Below, piece by piece: positions 50,590 to 62,623 of a DNA stretch of 64,000 nt. The DNA is from Raja brachyura (lineage: Eukaryota), in assembly GCA_963514005.1 (NCBI GenBank), contig OY740788.1, positions 88,474,001 through 88,538,000 on the forward strand, written 5' to 3'. The notes below the pieces were generated by a model. It saw only the letters and a program-made list of their open reading frames with translations, was not told where the DNA came from and did no database searches. The position numbers and the translations under genes are program-made. Numbering within the stretch: the first letter of the stretch is position 1; the number at the start of each line of letters is the position of its first letter.

Positions 50590-52450
50590 CCTTCAGGTGG
50601 TGCGGGAGGGAAGGGAAGCATTGACCAGGGAGTTGCGTAGGGAGCGGTCTTTGCAGAAAGCAGACGGGGGGGGGAGATGGGAAGATGTGGCAAGTGGTGG
50701 GGTCACGTTGGAGGCGGCGAAAATGACGCAGGGCTATTTGTTGTATGTGACGGCTAGTGGGGTGAAAGGTGAGGACCAGGGGGACTCTGCCCTTGTGGCG
50801 AGTGGGGGGATGGGGAGAGAGAGCAGTGTTACGGGGTATGGAAGAGACCCTGGTGCGAGCCTCATCTATAGTGGGGGAGCGGAACCCCCGTTCCCTGAAG
50901 AATGAGGACATTTCCGATGCCCTGGGAGCAGATGCGGCGTAGACAGAGAAATTGGGAGTAGGGGCTGGAGTCCTTACAGGAAGCAGGGTGGGAGGAAGAG
51001 TAGTCTAGATAGCCATGGAAGTCAGTGGGTTCATAGTGGATGTCGGTCAGAAGTCTATCACCGGTGATGGAGATGGTGAGGTCAAGAAATGGTAGGGAAG
51101 TGTCGGAAATGCTCCATGTATATTTGAGTTCCGGATGGAAGTTAGTGGTTAAGTCAATGTAGCGGAGGTAGAGGTCGAAGATGGGGCCCTGGTACACCTC
51201 GTACAAGGATTGTTCGACATACCGACAAAGAGGCAAGCGTAGCTGTGGCCCATGCGCGTGCCCATAGCTACGCCTTGTATTTGGAGGAAATGGGAGGAGC
51301 CAAACGAGAAGTTATTAAGGGTAAGGGCCAACTCCGCTAGGCAGAGGATCAGTGGACGGGTATAGGTTGTTTCTCAGGTCGAGGAAGAACCGGAGGGCTT
51401 AGAGACCATCCTGGTGGGGGATGGAGGTGTAGAGTGACTGGACGTCCATGGTGAAGATGAGAGGATGGGGGCTTCGAGAATGGAATGCCCGGAAATGACG
51501 GAGAGTGTCTGAGGTGTCTTGAACATAGGTGGGGAGGGATTTAACCAGGGGGGATAAGATGGTCAAGGTATGTGGAAATGTGTTCGGTGGGGCACGAACA
51601 GGCAGAGACAATGGGTCTGCCGGGGCAGTCAGGTTTGTGGATTTCGGGAAGAAGGTAAAATCGGGCCGTGCGGGGCTGGGAAACGATGAGGTTGGAGGCT
51701 CGGGGGGGGCAGGGAGCCGGAGTTGATGAAGTTGGTTATGGTGCTCGAGATGGTGGCCTGGTGCTCGTCAGTGGGGTCATGGTCCAGGGGTAAGTAGGAG
51801 GAGGTGTCTGAGAGTTGGCGCGTGGCCTCCGCTTTCTAGAGGTCGACGCGCCAGACTACCACGGCACCTCCCTTGTCGGCGGGTTTGATAACCCAGTCTG
51901 GGTTGTTGCGGAGTGAGTCGATGGCAGTACGTTCGGGGGGGGGGGGGGAGAGAGATTGGAGTGAGACGGGAGTGGAGAAGTCGAGGCGGTTGATGGCTGG
52001 ACGGCAGTTCTGTATAAAGAGTTCTAAAGCTGGAGGGCCACGAGAGGCGGTCCACGAGGAGGGGGTTCGTTGGAGACTGGAAAAGGGATCATCAGTGAGG
52101 GGCGAGGACTTGTTCCCGTGGAAGAACGCTGTGAGGCGGAGGCGACGGTAGAAGAGCTCCAAGTCGTGGTGGGTGCGGAACTCATTGAGGTGGGGACGGA
52201 GGGGGACAAAGGTAAGACGTCTGCTGAGGTCCGACCTTTCGGTGTCGGAGAGGGGGAGGTCCGGGCGGATGGTGAACACGCGGCAAGGATGGGGGTTGTG
52301 GCTGGAGGAAGGCAGGTGAGTGGACTGAGGACGGAGCGTTGTGTGGTGGGGGGGGTGGAGGGTGGTCAGGGGTGGGGGGGTATGAGGGCTGTGGTTTAGG
52401 TGGGGAAGTGCAGGGCTCACAACATTTGAGGGGGGTGTGGAAGACCCAGT
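50590..52450 (-). mobile_element. Decayed Penelope-like retroelement (RT region)
   Basis: IKPADKGGAVVV, TMDVQSLYTSIPH, GVAMGTRMG, YLRYID, LPFLDL and YLDYSSSHP motifs across frames. Confidence 0.88.
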
Positions 52451-52877
52451 GGAATAGCCACTGAGGTTACCAGGGTTGGGAGACAGGCACTAGGACCCAG
52501 TGTAGTCAAACCTAGAGGAGTGGAAGTTAGCAGCGTGGAGGCTTCAGGCCCAGTGCTGAGTCCAGGTTGCAGGTAAGGTGACGGTTGCGGGCTGCTGGAG
52601 GGCGGGGGAGTGGCGAGGGTCGGCGGGCCCAATGGTAGGAGCCCGCGGGCAGTGGAGTCCGGGTCGGCGGGCGATGCGTGGGTGGTCCCGGTGGGCTGAT
52701 GGTCGGTGGGGCGGCGCGGTTCGGCCAGCCCGGTGAGGCGGCGAGGTGAGTAGAGCGCGGTGCGGCGGCCATGTTCGGTGAGCCCCGGCCCGGCGGCGAT
52801 GTTAGATGGGCCGGGTGCAACGGCAATGTTGGGTGGGCCCAGTGCGAGGTGGGTCGGCCAGGTGTGCATGCGAAGTG

Positions 52878-53065
52878 GATAGGGCCCCAGTGTGGATGCG
52901 GGGTGGATAGGCCCCCAGTGTGGATGTGGGGTGGATAGGCCCCCAGTGTGGATGGGGGTGGATACGCCCCCAGTGTGGATGTGGGGTGGATAGGCCCCCA
53001 GTGTGGATGTGGGGTGGGTCGGTCCCCAGTGTGGATGGGGGTGGATACGCCCCCAGTGTGGATGC
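52878..53065. repeat. About 28-bp minisatellite (ggataggcccccagtgtggatgtggggt), about 7 copies
   Basis: Direct tandem periodicity. Confidence 0.85.
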
Positions 53066-53221
53066 GGGCTTCGGTGGGGAAAAAGGGTTAAATAAACTAC
53101 ATACCTTTTGCTTTGTCCTGTACTTCCAATCATCCAAGGATCTGTGGAGCAAATTACTCTCCACAACGAATATAAACCTCACCTGCATTTTAATCCCCCC
53201 CCCTCCACTCCGGAATCACAA

Positions 53222-53950
53222 GCACAGCGCTACTGATGGTAGGTTTTGTAACGACGCCACTATCGCACAGCGCCACTGATGGTAGGGTTTGTAATGACGC
53301 CACTATCGCACAGCGCCACTGATGGTAGGGTTTGTAACGACGCCACTATCGCACAGCGCCACTGATGGTAGGGTTTGTAACGACGCCACTATCGCACAGC
53401 GCCACTGATGGTAGGGTTTGTAACGACGCCACTATTGCACAGCGCCACTGATGGTAGGGTTTGTAATGACGCCACTATCGCACAGCGCCACTGATGGTAG
53501 GGTTTGTAACGACGCCACTATTGCACAGCGCCACTGATGGTAGGGTTTGTAACGACGCCACTATCGCACAGCGCCACTGATGGTAGGGTTTGTAACGACG
53601 CCACTATCGCACAGCGCCACTGATGGTAGGGTTTGTAACGACGCCACTATCGCACAGCGCCACTGATGGTAGGGTTTGTAACGACGCCACTATTGCACAG
53701 CGCCACTGATGGTAGGGTTTGTAACGACGCCACTATCGCACAGCGCCACTGATGGTAGGGTTTGTAACGACGCCACTATCGCACAGCGCCACTGATGGTA
53801 GGGTTTGTAACGACGCCACTATCGCACAGCGCCACTGATGGTAGGGTTTGTAACGACGCCACTATCGCACAGCGCCACTGATGGTAGGGTTTGTAACTAC
53901 GCCACTATCGCACAGCGCCACTGATGGTAGGGTTTGTAACTACGCCACAA
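53222..53950. repeat. 43-bp minisatellite, about 17 near-identical copies
   Basis: Unit gcacagcgccactgatggtagggtttgtaacgacgccactatc, head-to-tail, with no spacers. Confidence 0.95.
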
Positions 53951-55074
53951 CCGCAAAGGTTTAACACACCTTGCTGCAGCGAGCAGAGGCCCCCTTAGAT
54001 CTCAAGGCCCTACGCTTATGCTTGTCTAGCTTATACGTAACCCCGGCCCTGCGGGAGGTCCTTTGGTCCCAGGAGTCAGAGAGGACATTAAGAAGAGCAT
54101 AGTTAGAGGGAGAAATGCTGCTGTAGATATAAAGATTTAGATGAGTGGGGAATTTGTAATGTATGATCACAAATCCACTTCTGGGACCTGCACGCAGAGT
54201 CGCCTGACTAAGCACCATAGACCGGTTAGAATACTCAGAGTCTTTCTTTCCAGGATAGAAATGTCAAATATTAGACATCAAGGCTTTAGGATGAGAGTAG
54301 GAAAGTTTAAAGAATATATATGAGGCAAGTTCTTGTTTTCACAGAGTGTTAGGTGCTTGGAACACATTGCCGGGGGAAGTGGTGGAGGCAGATCTGAGAG
54401 GTAGTTAATAGTCATTTCGACAAAGACATTAACAAGTAGAGAATGGTGAGACCATGTGCAGGCAGATGGGGATAGTTTAAATTGGCATCATGTTCGACAC
54501 AGATATGGTGGGCCAAAGAACCTTTCCCTCTGCTGTACTGTTCTATGCTTGTGTGAAACACTTGATCAGAGTACTACGTTTTAATAGAGGAGGAGATAGA
54601 AAGAGAGCTTGGACAGGGCGTGGGAGGGGGGAGTGGTGGAAAGAGTGGGGAGGGTGGAAGAGGGGGTAATGAGAGGTGCGTGTTAAAGGCATGACCATCA
54701 ATAGCTGAATGAAAGCAATGAGGAATGTACGAGAGGCCAGCATGTAAGTGTTTTCAGACATTTTTTAGGATGATCAATCCGACGAGGAATGAATCTTCAT
54801 AAGTTATAGGAGCAGAATTAGGCCATTCGGCCCATCGAGTCTACTTGTCCATTCAATCATGGCTGATCTATCTTTCCCTCTCAACCCCATTCTCATGCCT
54901 TCTCCCCATAATCCCTGACACCCGTAGTAATGAAGAATCTGTCAATCCCCCCCTTAAAAATACCCATTGACTTGGCCTCCACAGCCTTCAGGGGCAATGA
55001 ATTCCACACATTCACCACACTCTGACTTATATGAGGCGACCTAAAATCGGGCAGAGAGGAGATGTGTGATGAGT

Positions 55075-55280
55075 AACCACATTTTTCAAGAGACAATATC
55101 ATCCTGAAATCTGAATGTATTCACATTGGTAAATGTATTTCTAACAAGCAGTGGAAGAGGAAGGCAGCTCTAAAGGAAACCACATCTGCTTATTTTGGAG
55201 GGTTTATTTGTAAATGCTAACTCTGTGTCTTTCTTGATGCACGTGAGTTAAGTACTATTGACAAAAAGGCAGGTGAACTA
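55075..55280 (+). promoter_or_regulatory. Candidate haematopoietic enhancer module, copy A (ETS/PU.1 + RUNX + E-box)
   Basis: GAGGAA 55157-55162, AACCACA 55178-55184, CAGGTG 55270-55275; homologous to an inverted copy at about 56140-56612. Confidence 0.4.
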
Positions 55281-55627
55281 CATTTACGTTGAGCGTGCAG
55301 AAATTTAAGGGTGCCACTGAACAAGAAATTGTGCAATCTGTCAAGTAACATATTTCAGAAGAGGGAAATTACAATGTAAATCACTTTGAAAGAATTTCTG
55401 TTTTATCCTGCATGCTTTGCATTTTCTCTGAAAAGGAAGTAATGAGGTTACCCGCATACTCAGTTTTCCACTTTTGCCAGAAAGTTTCTCTCTCCCCTGT
55501 CCAAAACCCGTTACAAGTTTGACCATGGGTCACAGGGTTTTAGTTTAGTTTAGTTTAAAGATACAGCGTGGTAACAGGCCCTTCGGCCCGACCAAATCCG
55601 TGCCGACCGGCAATCACCCACACACTG

Positions 55628-55930
55628 GGTGGCACGGTGGCGCAGCGGTAGAGTTGCTGCCTTACAGTGCAAAAAAAAACACGGGTTCATCCTGACTACA
55701 GTTGCTGTCTGTACGGAGTTTGCACGTTCTCCCTGTGACCAAGTGGGTTTTCTCCGGGTGCTCCGGTTTCCTCCAACACTCCAAAGACATACAGGATTGT
55801 AGGTTAATTGTCTTTGGTAAAATTGTAAAGTTGTCCCTAGTATGGAGGATAGTGCTGGTGTGCGGGATGATCACTGGTCGGCATGGATTTCGGTGGGCTG
55901 AAGGGCCCGTTTTCATACTATATTGCTAAA
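55628..55930 (+). mobile_element. tRNA-derived SINE
   Basis: ggcacggtggcgcagcggtagagttgctgccttacag head, SINE body and tail. Confidence 0.78.
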
Positions 55931-56139
55931 GACTAAAGAAAACGATTAAAGGCTAGTTGTATCCTACATATTGGGATAATTTACAGCAGCCAATTAACCC
56001 ACAAACCTGCATGTTTTAAGAATGTGGGAGGAAAGCGGAGGACCCAGAGACAACCTACGCAGTCACAGGGTGAACATACAAACTCTGTCTTAAAATGGTT
56101 TCTCAATTTTTTCATGTTTAATACAAATGAGGTTTGCCA

Positions 56140-56612
56140 AACTTCAGCTGTTAATTTGTCAGTAGTTGTGGGCCTGTCCCACTGTTCGAGTTCATCCAAG
56201 AGCTCTCCCGATTTAAGAAAAAATCAGACTCGTGGTAAGCACGTAGAATGTACGTAGCGGGTACGCGGAGCTCGGGACGTCTCTTAGCGGCTCGTAACGC
56301 TAACGGCAGGTACTCGAGAAACGCGATAAGCTCGGGAAGACTCGTGAAGATTTTTCAACATGTTGAAATGTCCACGAGATCCCCGCGTACCTTTGAGCGG
56401 CTATTACCGAGTTCGAATTAGGGAAAACTCGGGAGAACTCTTGAATTAGCTCGTACATTGGGACAGCCCCATTATCATTTAAAAATAGTCCCTCTAAAAT
56501 AGCTGGTGTGGTTTTATTTAGAGCTAACTTCCTCTTTCATTGCTTTTTAAAAAGGTTTATCCAATGTAAATGAATTCAGATTTCATGATAACGTTCTCCT
56601 GCAAAATGCGGT
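56140..56612 (-). promoter_or_regulatory. Candidate enhancer module, inverted copy B (interrupted by the MITE)
   Basis: ACTTCCTCTTT 56527-56537 (PU box), TGTGGTT 56507-56513 (RUNX), CAGCTG 56145-56150. Confidence 0.4.
56170..56470. mobile_element. MITE (about 300 bp) with ~40-bp imperfect terminal inverted repeats
   Basis: gggcctgtcccactgttcgagttcatccaagagctctcccga versus tcgggagaactcttgaattagctcgtacattgggacagccc. Confidence 0.82.
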
Positions 56613-59600
56613 CCGGTCATACAGGTAGCACCGTTAAAAACAATTCAGCGCATTTCCTTTAAGTGCCAAAACTATATAATCTGCAAACTCATAATATGCA
56701 GAAATTTAGGAAATTTAACCATAAGGCCGAACAGCATGAAAATAGCCTGTGGGACCAACAGACATGAACCATTGTTTATATTCCACAGTAGCTTTGTGGG
56801 GCTGGTCATGTCACACAATAACTCCAGTCTTAGTCAATAGACTATAGGTGCAGGAGTAGGCCATTCGGCCATTCGAGCCAGCACCGCCATTCAATGTGAT
56901 CATGGCTGATCATCCCCAATCAGTTTCCAGTTCCTGCCTTCTCCCTATATTCCCTGACTCCGCTATCATTAAGAGCCCTATCTAGTCTTGATCCACTGCA
57001 ATTCACCTACCACCACAACAGGTCCACAGCAGATGCCATTCAACTGGCTCTGCAACACCTGGTTAACAAGGACACATCAATAGTGCTTTATTTGTCACAT
57101 ATGCAACTGCACAGATAAATTCCTCTTGCACATATTACACATGTGGGCGCCGGCATTATTGCCGCTATTATGTCCAGTCGGCCCCCACGCTCGATGCACT
57201 GGAGCATCATTCCTCTCCTCTCCTTTCCTTCTCTGGCCATCTTTGTGTCCTGGGGGTACCTCCAGCAGCCAACCTTGAAGGTGCTGGAGGCATTACCCCG
57301 GTTCACCCTCCTACACCGGTCCTTGCCCCTTGCATCCGACTTCTCCAGCTCCCTCCAGGTTACGTTGTTCACCAAGCCTTTGCCGAACTTACACCAGACT
57401 CCTATTATTATTCACCATAGCTTCACCTTGAACACCATAAGTCCAGCCAAGCGAGAGAGCGTGGGTCTCTGATGATGCTGGCTCCCTTTATGAGGCAGCG
57501 ACTCCTGTAGATCCTTTGATGGTGGAGAAGTCAATACCCGTGATGGACTGTGCAGTGTTCACCATGTTTTACATTCTTCTTTATTCCTGGATGTTTGAGT
57601 TCCACAACCAGGCCGTGATGCAACCAGTCAATGTGCTCTCCAAACTCCTGAACTGATGAATCAGTGCCCACCTCTACAAACGGATCCTTGACTTTCTGAC
57701 CCATAGACCACAATCAGTCAGGATAGACAACAAATACATGCTGAAGTGCAGAATATAAAACGCATTAGAGCATTACAATTGTCCAAGGTCTACAATGAGG
57801 GCAGTTGATACATCTGGACTATATCCAAGCTGACCAGAGGACCATTCAGTAGTCTGATAGCAGCTGAGTAGAAGCTGTTTCTGAATCTGGTGGTAGCTGC
57901 TTAATATTCAACAAATAACAAGGGTGGAAAAGGTCCTTGATTTTGTTGGCTACTTTCTCGAGGCAATGTGAAGTGTAGATGGAGTCATTGATGGGAATGT
58001 TGGTCCGTGTGATGGACTGGGATACATCCACAACATCCGGAAATTCCTTTCAGCACTTTGTGCCTTGTCCCAAAACGTCACCTATCCGTGTCTCCAGAAA
58101 TGCTGCCTGACCTGTTGAGTTACTCCAGCACTTTGTGTCTTTTTTGGTAAACCAGTATCTACATCGGAGCTTATGAACACCAATCCTTACAACACTTGTG
58201 TCTTACTTTCTCCTTAAATTTGATCTCCCAAAGTACAACACCATTCACTTGCTCAGATTAAACTGCAACTGCCATTTCTCCACCTATTTCTGTATTTCAT
58301 GTATATTCTAACAACCTTCCTTACAGTCCACAACTCCACCAATTTTGGTGTTGTCTGCAAATTACTTACCTAGCCATCTACATTTACGTCCAGGTTATGC
58401 TTACATATGTTTCCTCTTTCCTTTGGACCAATTTTTCGACCTCCATTCTCATCCAAAGTTCCCTTCCTCAACAACTTGTCCCAAGGTCCAGACTTATTCT
58501 CATTCATAACCTCATAACCTCATAAGCTTTAAGGTAGTTGTGAATAAAGACAGGTCTGGACCTTGGGGTAGATATTAACTTGTAGCACAGCAAATTGCAA
58601 CATTATTAGGTAGCTACTAGCAAGAGTAAATTGGGAGCAATGTTTAATAAACAATTAGACATGTACATGGAAGCCAGAAGGTCCCATATGATACCATGAC
58701 TCTATGGATAGGGCAGGTTTAGAGGGATATGAGCTAAATGCAGGCAGATGGAACTAGTGTAGATTGGGCATATTGGTTGGTGTGAGCAAGTTAGGCCGAA
58801 GGGCCTGTTTCCACACTGTATGACTATGTGATATGATTCTATGATAGAACTTTATTCATACCCAGAGGGAAATTGGTGTGCCAACAGTCACAACACACAA
58901 CAGGTACAGGAAAATTTGAAATTAAAATTAAATTAAAATGTGAAAAAAAAAGACAAGTGACTGTTGGCTTGCTGCCATGTGCACATTGCCTTAACCAGAA
59001 TGAACAAACAAACAAACACAGGGTTATCTCCTGGGCAGAGGATTCTAAAACTAGATTTCCCCCCCCTCACCCACTCCGGGTCCTTTGTTCTCCCACCGTC
59101 CCTCATTGATCTTCTTGGTGGTCCCCCACGCCAGGTCCTCCATTGTCTTCCCCTCCCCGCTGCACGCTCATCGATCGCTGATCGCATGGCGATCACAATG
59201 CCCCGCTGAGACCCCACCGCCGCCAAGGCTCTCGTTGCTGCCGATGCTCACAACGCCCCAGGCTCCTTAGGCCCAGACAGGCCTTGCTGCCCGGGTTCTC
59301 TGCAGCCCTCTGGGAGGCATGTGCAAGTCAGGCCTCTGGGCAAGTCGGGCCTAACGGGGTGCGTTCCGGTCGGTGGCGAGGTTGTTCGGCGGGTGGATCA
59401 GTCCTGCGTGGCTCCCTGGGACTCCATTGACTCTATGACTCTATTGTTATTGGGTAACATGCGGGGCCTGTTAAAGACCAAATGATCAAGAGTTCAAAAC
59501 CGGCATGTCCTAGTCAGGAGGAGGGACATGGTCGTCAAGGTTGGGTACATTGGATGGCGATAAATGTCAGTCGCATGGCTAGGACCAAATACCAGTGCGT

Positions 59601-60269
59601 TCCAGTATGGCCACTTTTTGAATTTGACCACCCACGCACTATTCAAGAAAGATTTTTGGATTGAATCTAACAAACCCTGCCCTGACGATGCCTCTAGCCC
59701 GAAGGAAGTCCGAGTTAATATTTGGGAAGTTAAAAATCGCACCTTTTGACAACCCGGATAGTTTTATAGTTTCCTGTAATCCTGTTTATATATTTGTTCT
59801 TCTATTTCCTGCTGGTTTTTGGAGGGCCCATTATATCATCCCGTCAGCATGATTGTGCCTTTGTTTATTGTGAAATCTACCCGCTGTGAATAAACTACCC
59901 ACAGTGGATTAATCCTCTAGTATGTTCTCTCCAAGTGCCACTGTGAACTTCTCCCTAATCACTAATGCATTTCCTCCACCTCACAGCCAAACTTCCAGCT
60001 TGTTAACCATCAGCACAGGATCACCTCAAGGTGGGTGCTCAGCCCCGTACTCTGTACCCATTACTGTGTGGCCGGACACAGTTCCAACTCCATCTTCAAA
60101 TTCACCGATGACACCACCGTAGTTGAACAAATTATGGATGATGATGAGTATTGGGGGGAGATCGGTCAACTGACCAAATGGAGCCAAGAAAACAACCTTT
60201 AAACAGACCCACATCACCTTGGCCATACTCTCATCTCCCTGTACCATCAGGAAGAAGGTACAGGAATCT

Positions 60270-61375
60270 GAAGGCTGACCATATACTTGCTGTCATTGAC
60301 CAGGGCATTGAGTGTAAAAGCTGGCAAGTCATGTTGCAGCTTCATGAAACTTTGGTTGGGCAGAGTTGTTTGTGCAGTTCTGGTCACCACATTACAGGAA
60401 TGATGTGACGGCTTTGAAGAAGTTGTAGAAGAGGTTTACCAGAATGCTGCCTGGGCATTAGTTATCTGGTGAGGTTGCATAAATGTGGACTGTTTTCTCT
60501 AGAGCATCCGAGGCTGAGGGGCAATCTAATGGAACATTTATAAAATTCTGAGGCAGAGTACCTTTATGTCTGAGGAAACCTATTCTCTCACTAGTTACCC
60601 TCTTTCCTTTAATGTACTTTTGGACGAGTCATAGTGTTACACAGCACGGAAACAGGTCCTTCAGTCCAAATTTCCCAAGTTGACCACAAGATGTCCCATC
60701 TGCACTCTTTCCACTGGCCCAGGCTTACGCCAGATCTCTCTAAACCTTTCCTATCCATGTACCTGTCCAAATGTATTTTAAATGCAGTTATCATACCTGC
60801 CTTAACTACCTTTTCTGTTAGATCGTTCCATATATCCATCATCCTCTGTTTGAAAAAGTTGCCCCTCAGTTTTCTATTGTATCTTTCCTCTCTCGCCTAT
60901 GACCTCTAGTTCTTGATTCCCTATACACTGGCCTGTATACTAAGTCCTGGCCAGCCCAACCTCTTGCTATAGTTAGGGCCTTCAAGTTGTGACATCATGC
61001 TAATAAATCTGCTCTGCACTCTTTCTCGCTTAACAATATTCTTACTGTAACAAATTCACAATCTTCACTATCTATGAATTCAGCCATTTTAGTGTCACTG
61101 CAAACTTACTAATCATGCCTTCTACATTCTCAGTCAAATTGCTGATATAAACCGCACAGCAATGGGCACAGCACCGATCCCTGGAACACACCACAATTCA
61201 TAGACTTCCAGTCCGATAAACAACCCATCACCATCACCCTCTGCTGCCTTCCATGAAGCCAATTGTTTATCCAGTTGCTCAACTCTTCCTGGATCCCATA
61301 TAACCTACATTTCCAGAGCAGTTTACCATGAAGAACCTAATCAAATACTATGCTGAAGTTCATATGGACAACGTC
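60270..61375. mobile_element. Old CR1 fragments in both orientations
   Basis: Degenerate matches to the CR1 RT C-terminus and 3' UTR (e.g. ORF 60609-60842 minus). Confidence 0.7.
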
Positions 61376-62399
61376 TATGTAGAAACCGGGAACTGCAGAT
61401 GCTGGTTTGGGAAGGAAATACACAAAATGCTGAACAATTATGCCTTTGCACTCAAATACCTTTTTGGTTGCATCTTCAAACATTTCAACTCAACTCAATT
61501 TTCAAATCTTTAACTTCTAACTTCAGGTAACTTCTACAAACACTTTCCTTCCCTGTCCCCTTTCTCTCTCCCCCCCCCCCATTAACACTCTCCCCTCCCC
61601 TTACTCTCACTCCATCCCCCTTACACCAAAAGTCCTTCAACCTCACCTATCCATTTTCTCCAGAGACACTACCTGACCTACTGAGTTACTACAGTATTTT
61701 GTGTCTATCTTTGGTATAAACCAGCAACTGCAAAGCCTTGTTATTTCAAACCTTTAAACTCAATTTTCTTTAATATTATCTGCCAGATGTATCTCCTGTC
61801 CCATTATTTCTCTTCTGATTTCCTTCTTAATTCTGCTCATCAGTTCTCAAAACCGCTCGAGGGATGCACAATCCTTGCTGCCTATACCTGGCCCTTGCCC
61901 CCTCCTTCTTCCTGACAGTCTCAATTTCTCTCCTCATCCAAGCTTCCTTACTCCCACCTGCCTTGCCTTTCACTACAACAGGAATAGGCAAACCCTGAAC
62001 ACTTTTCATCACACTTGTAAAAGGCTACTCTCAGCAACTTTAGCAAGTTCCTATCTGATACCAAAGTTCGCCTTGCCCCGATTCAGAATTGTAACTAGTG
62101 GGCCCACGCTGTGGTTATCCATAACTATTTTAAAGCTAATACACCTGTGGTCGCTGGTCCCAAAAGGCTCACCAACTTACACTTCACTCACTTGCTCTTT
62201 CCAATTTTCCAAATAAAAGGCGAAAATTAATCAGAGCATTTGGTTTTGTTCCAACATTTGAATCCGAAAAAAGTGCATGAACATCAGGGGTGACTATAAG
62301 GATTGACCCTCAGTACATCTGAAACTTGCATCTGTGACCATCGTCGATGCATCCAGAGAGAATGGTGAAAACTACTCTGATGATCTGCCGGCAGTTTGA

Positions 62400-62574
62400 G
62401 AGTACATTTTCAGTGGTTTCCACTGCCCACTTTCCCCATGACTTCCTCTTTACACTCCACGCATTTGTGATGAAACAATCTTGTGGGGAAGTAGAAGAGG
62501 ACACAGTCACTTCTAAAACAGCAACGGGAACATCGGGTCTGAATCTTTAATCCTTGCAAATCAAATTTAACAAC
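62400..62574 (+). promoter_or_regulatory. Candidate TATA-less leukocyte promoter / 5' UTR of a downstream gene
   Basis: PU.1/ETS boxes ACTTCCTCTTT (about 62441-62451) and GGGGAAGT (about 62485-62492) within about 140 nt upstream of a leader ATG, in non-repetitive sequence. Confidence 0.45.
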
Positions 62575-62623
62575 ATGTTTGCACTGATATTCTCCACCTT
62601 GACTCTGTCCCTCTGTGCAGTGG
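62575..62623 (+). CDS. Signal-peptide (leader) exon of a second gene continuing beyond the window
   Basis: aacATG (A at -3), MFALIFSTLTLSLCAV+G, perfect G|GTAAGT donor; a 49-nt phase-1 exon typical of IgSF leaders. Confidence 0.65.

Noticed and set aside
53222-53950. Regular 43-bp array resembling a CRISPR array
   Set aside because: No unique spacers, no cas genes, vertebrate context; it is a minisatellite.
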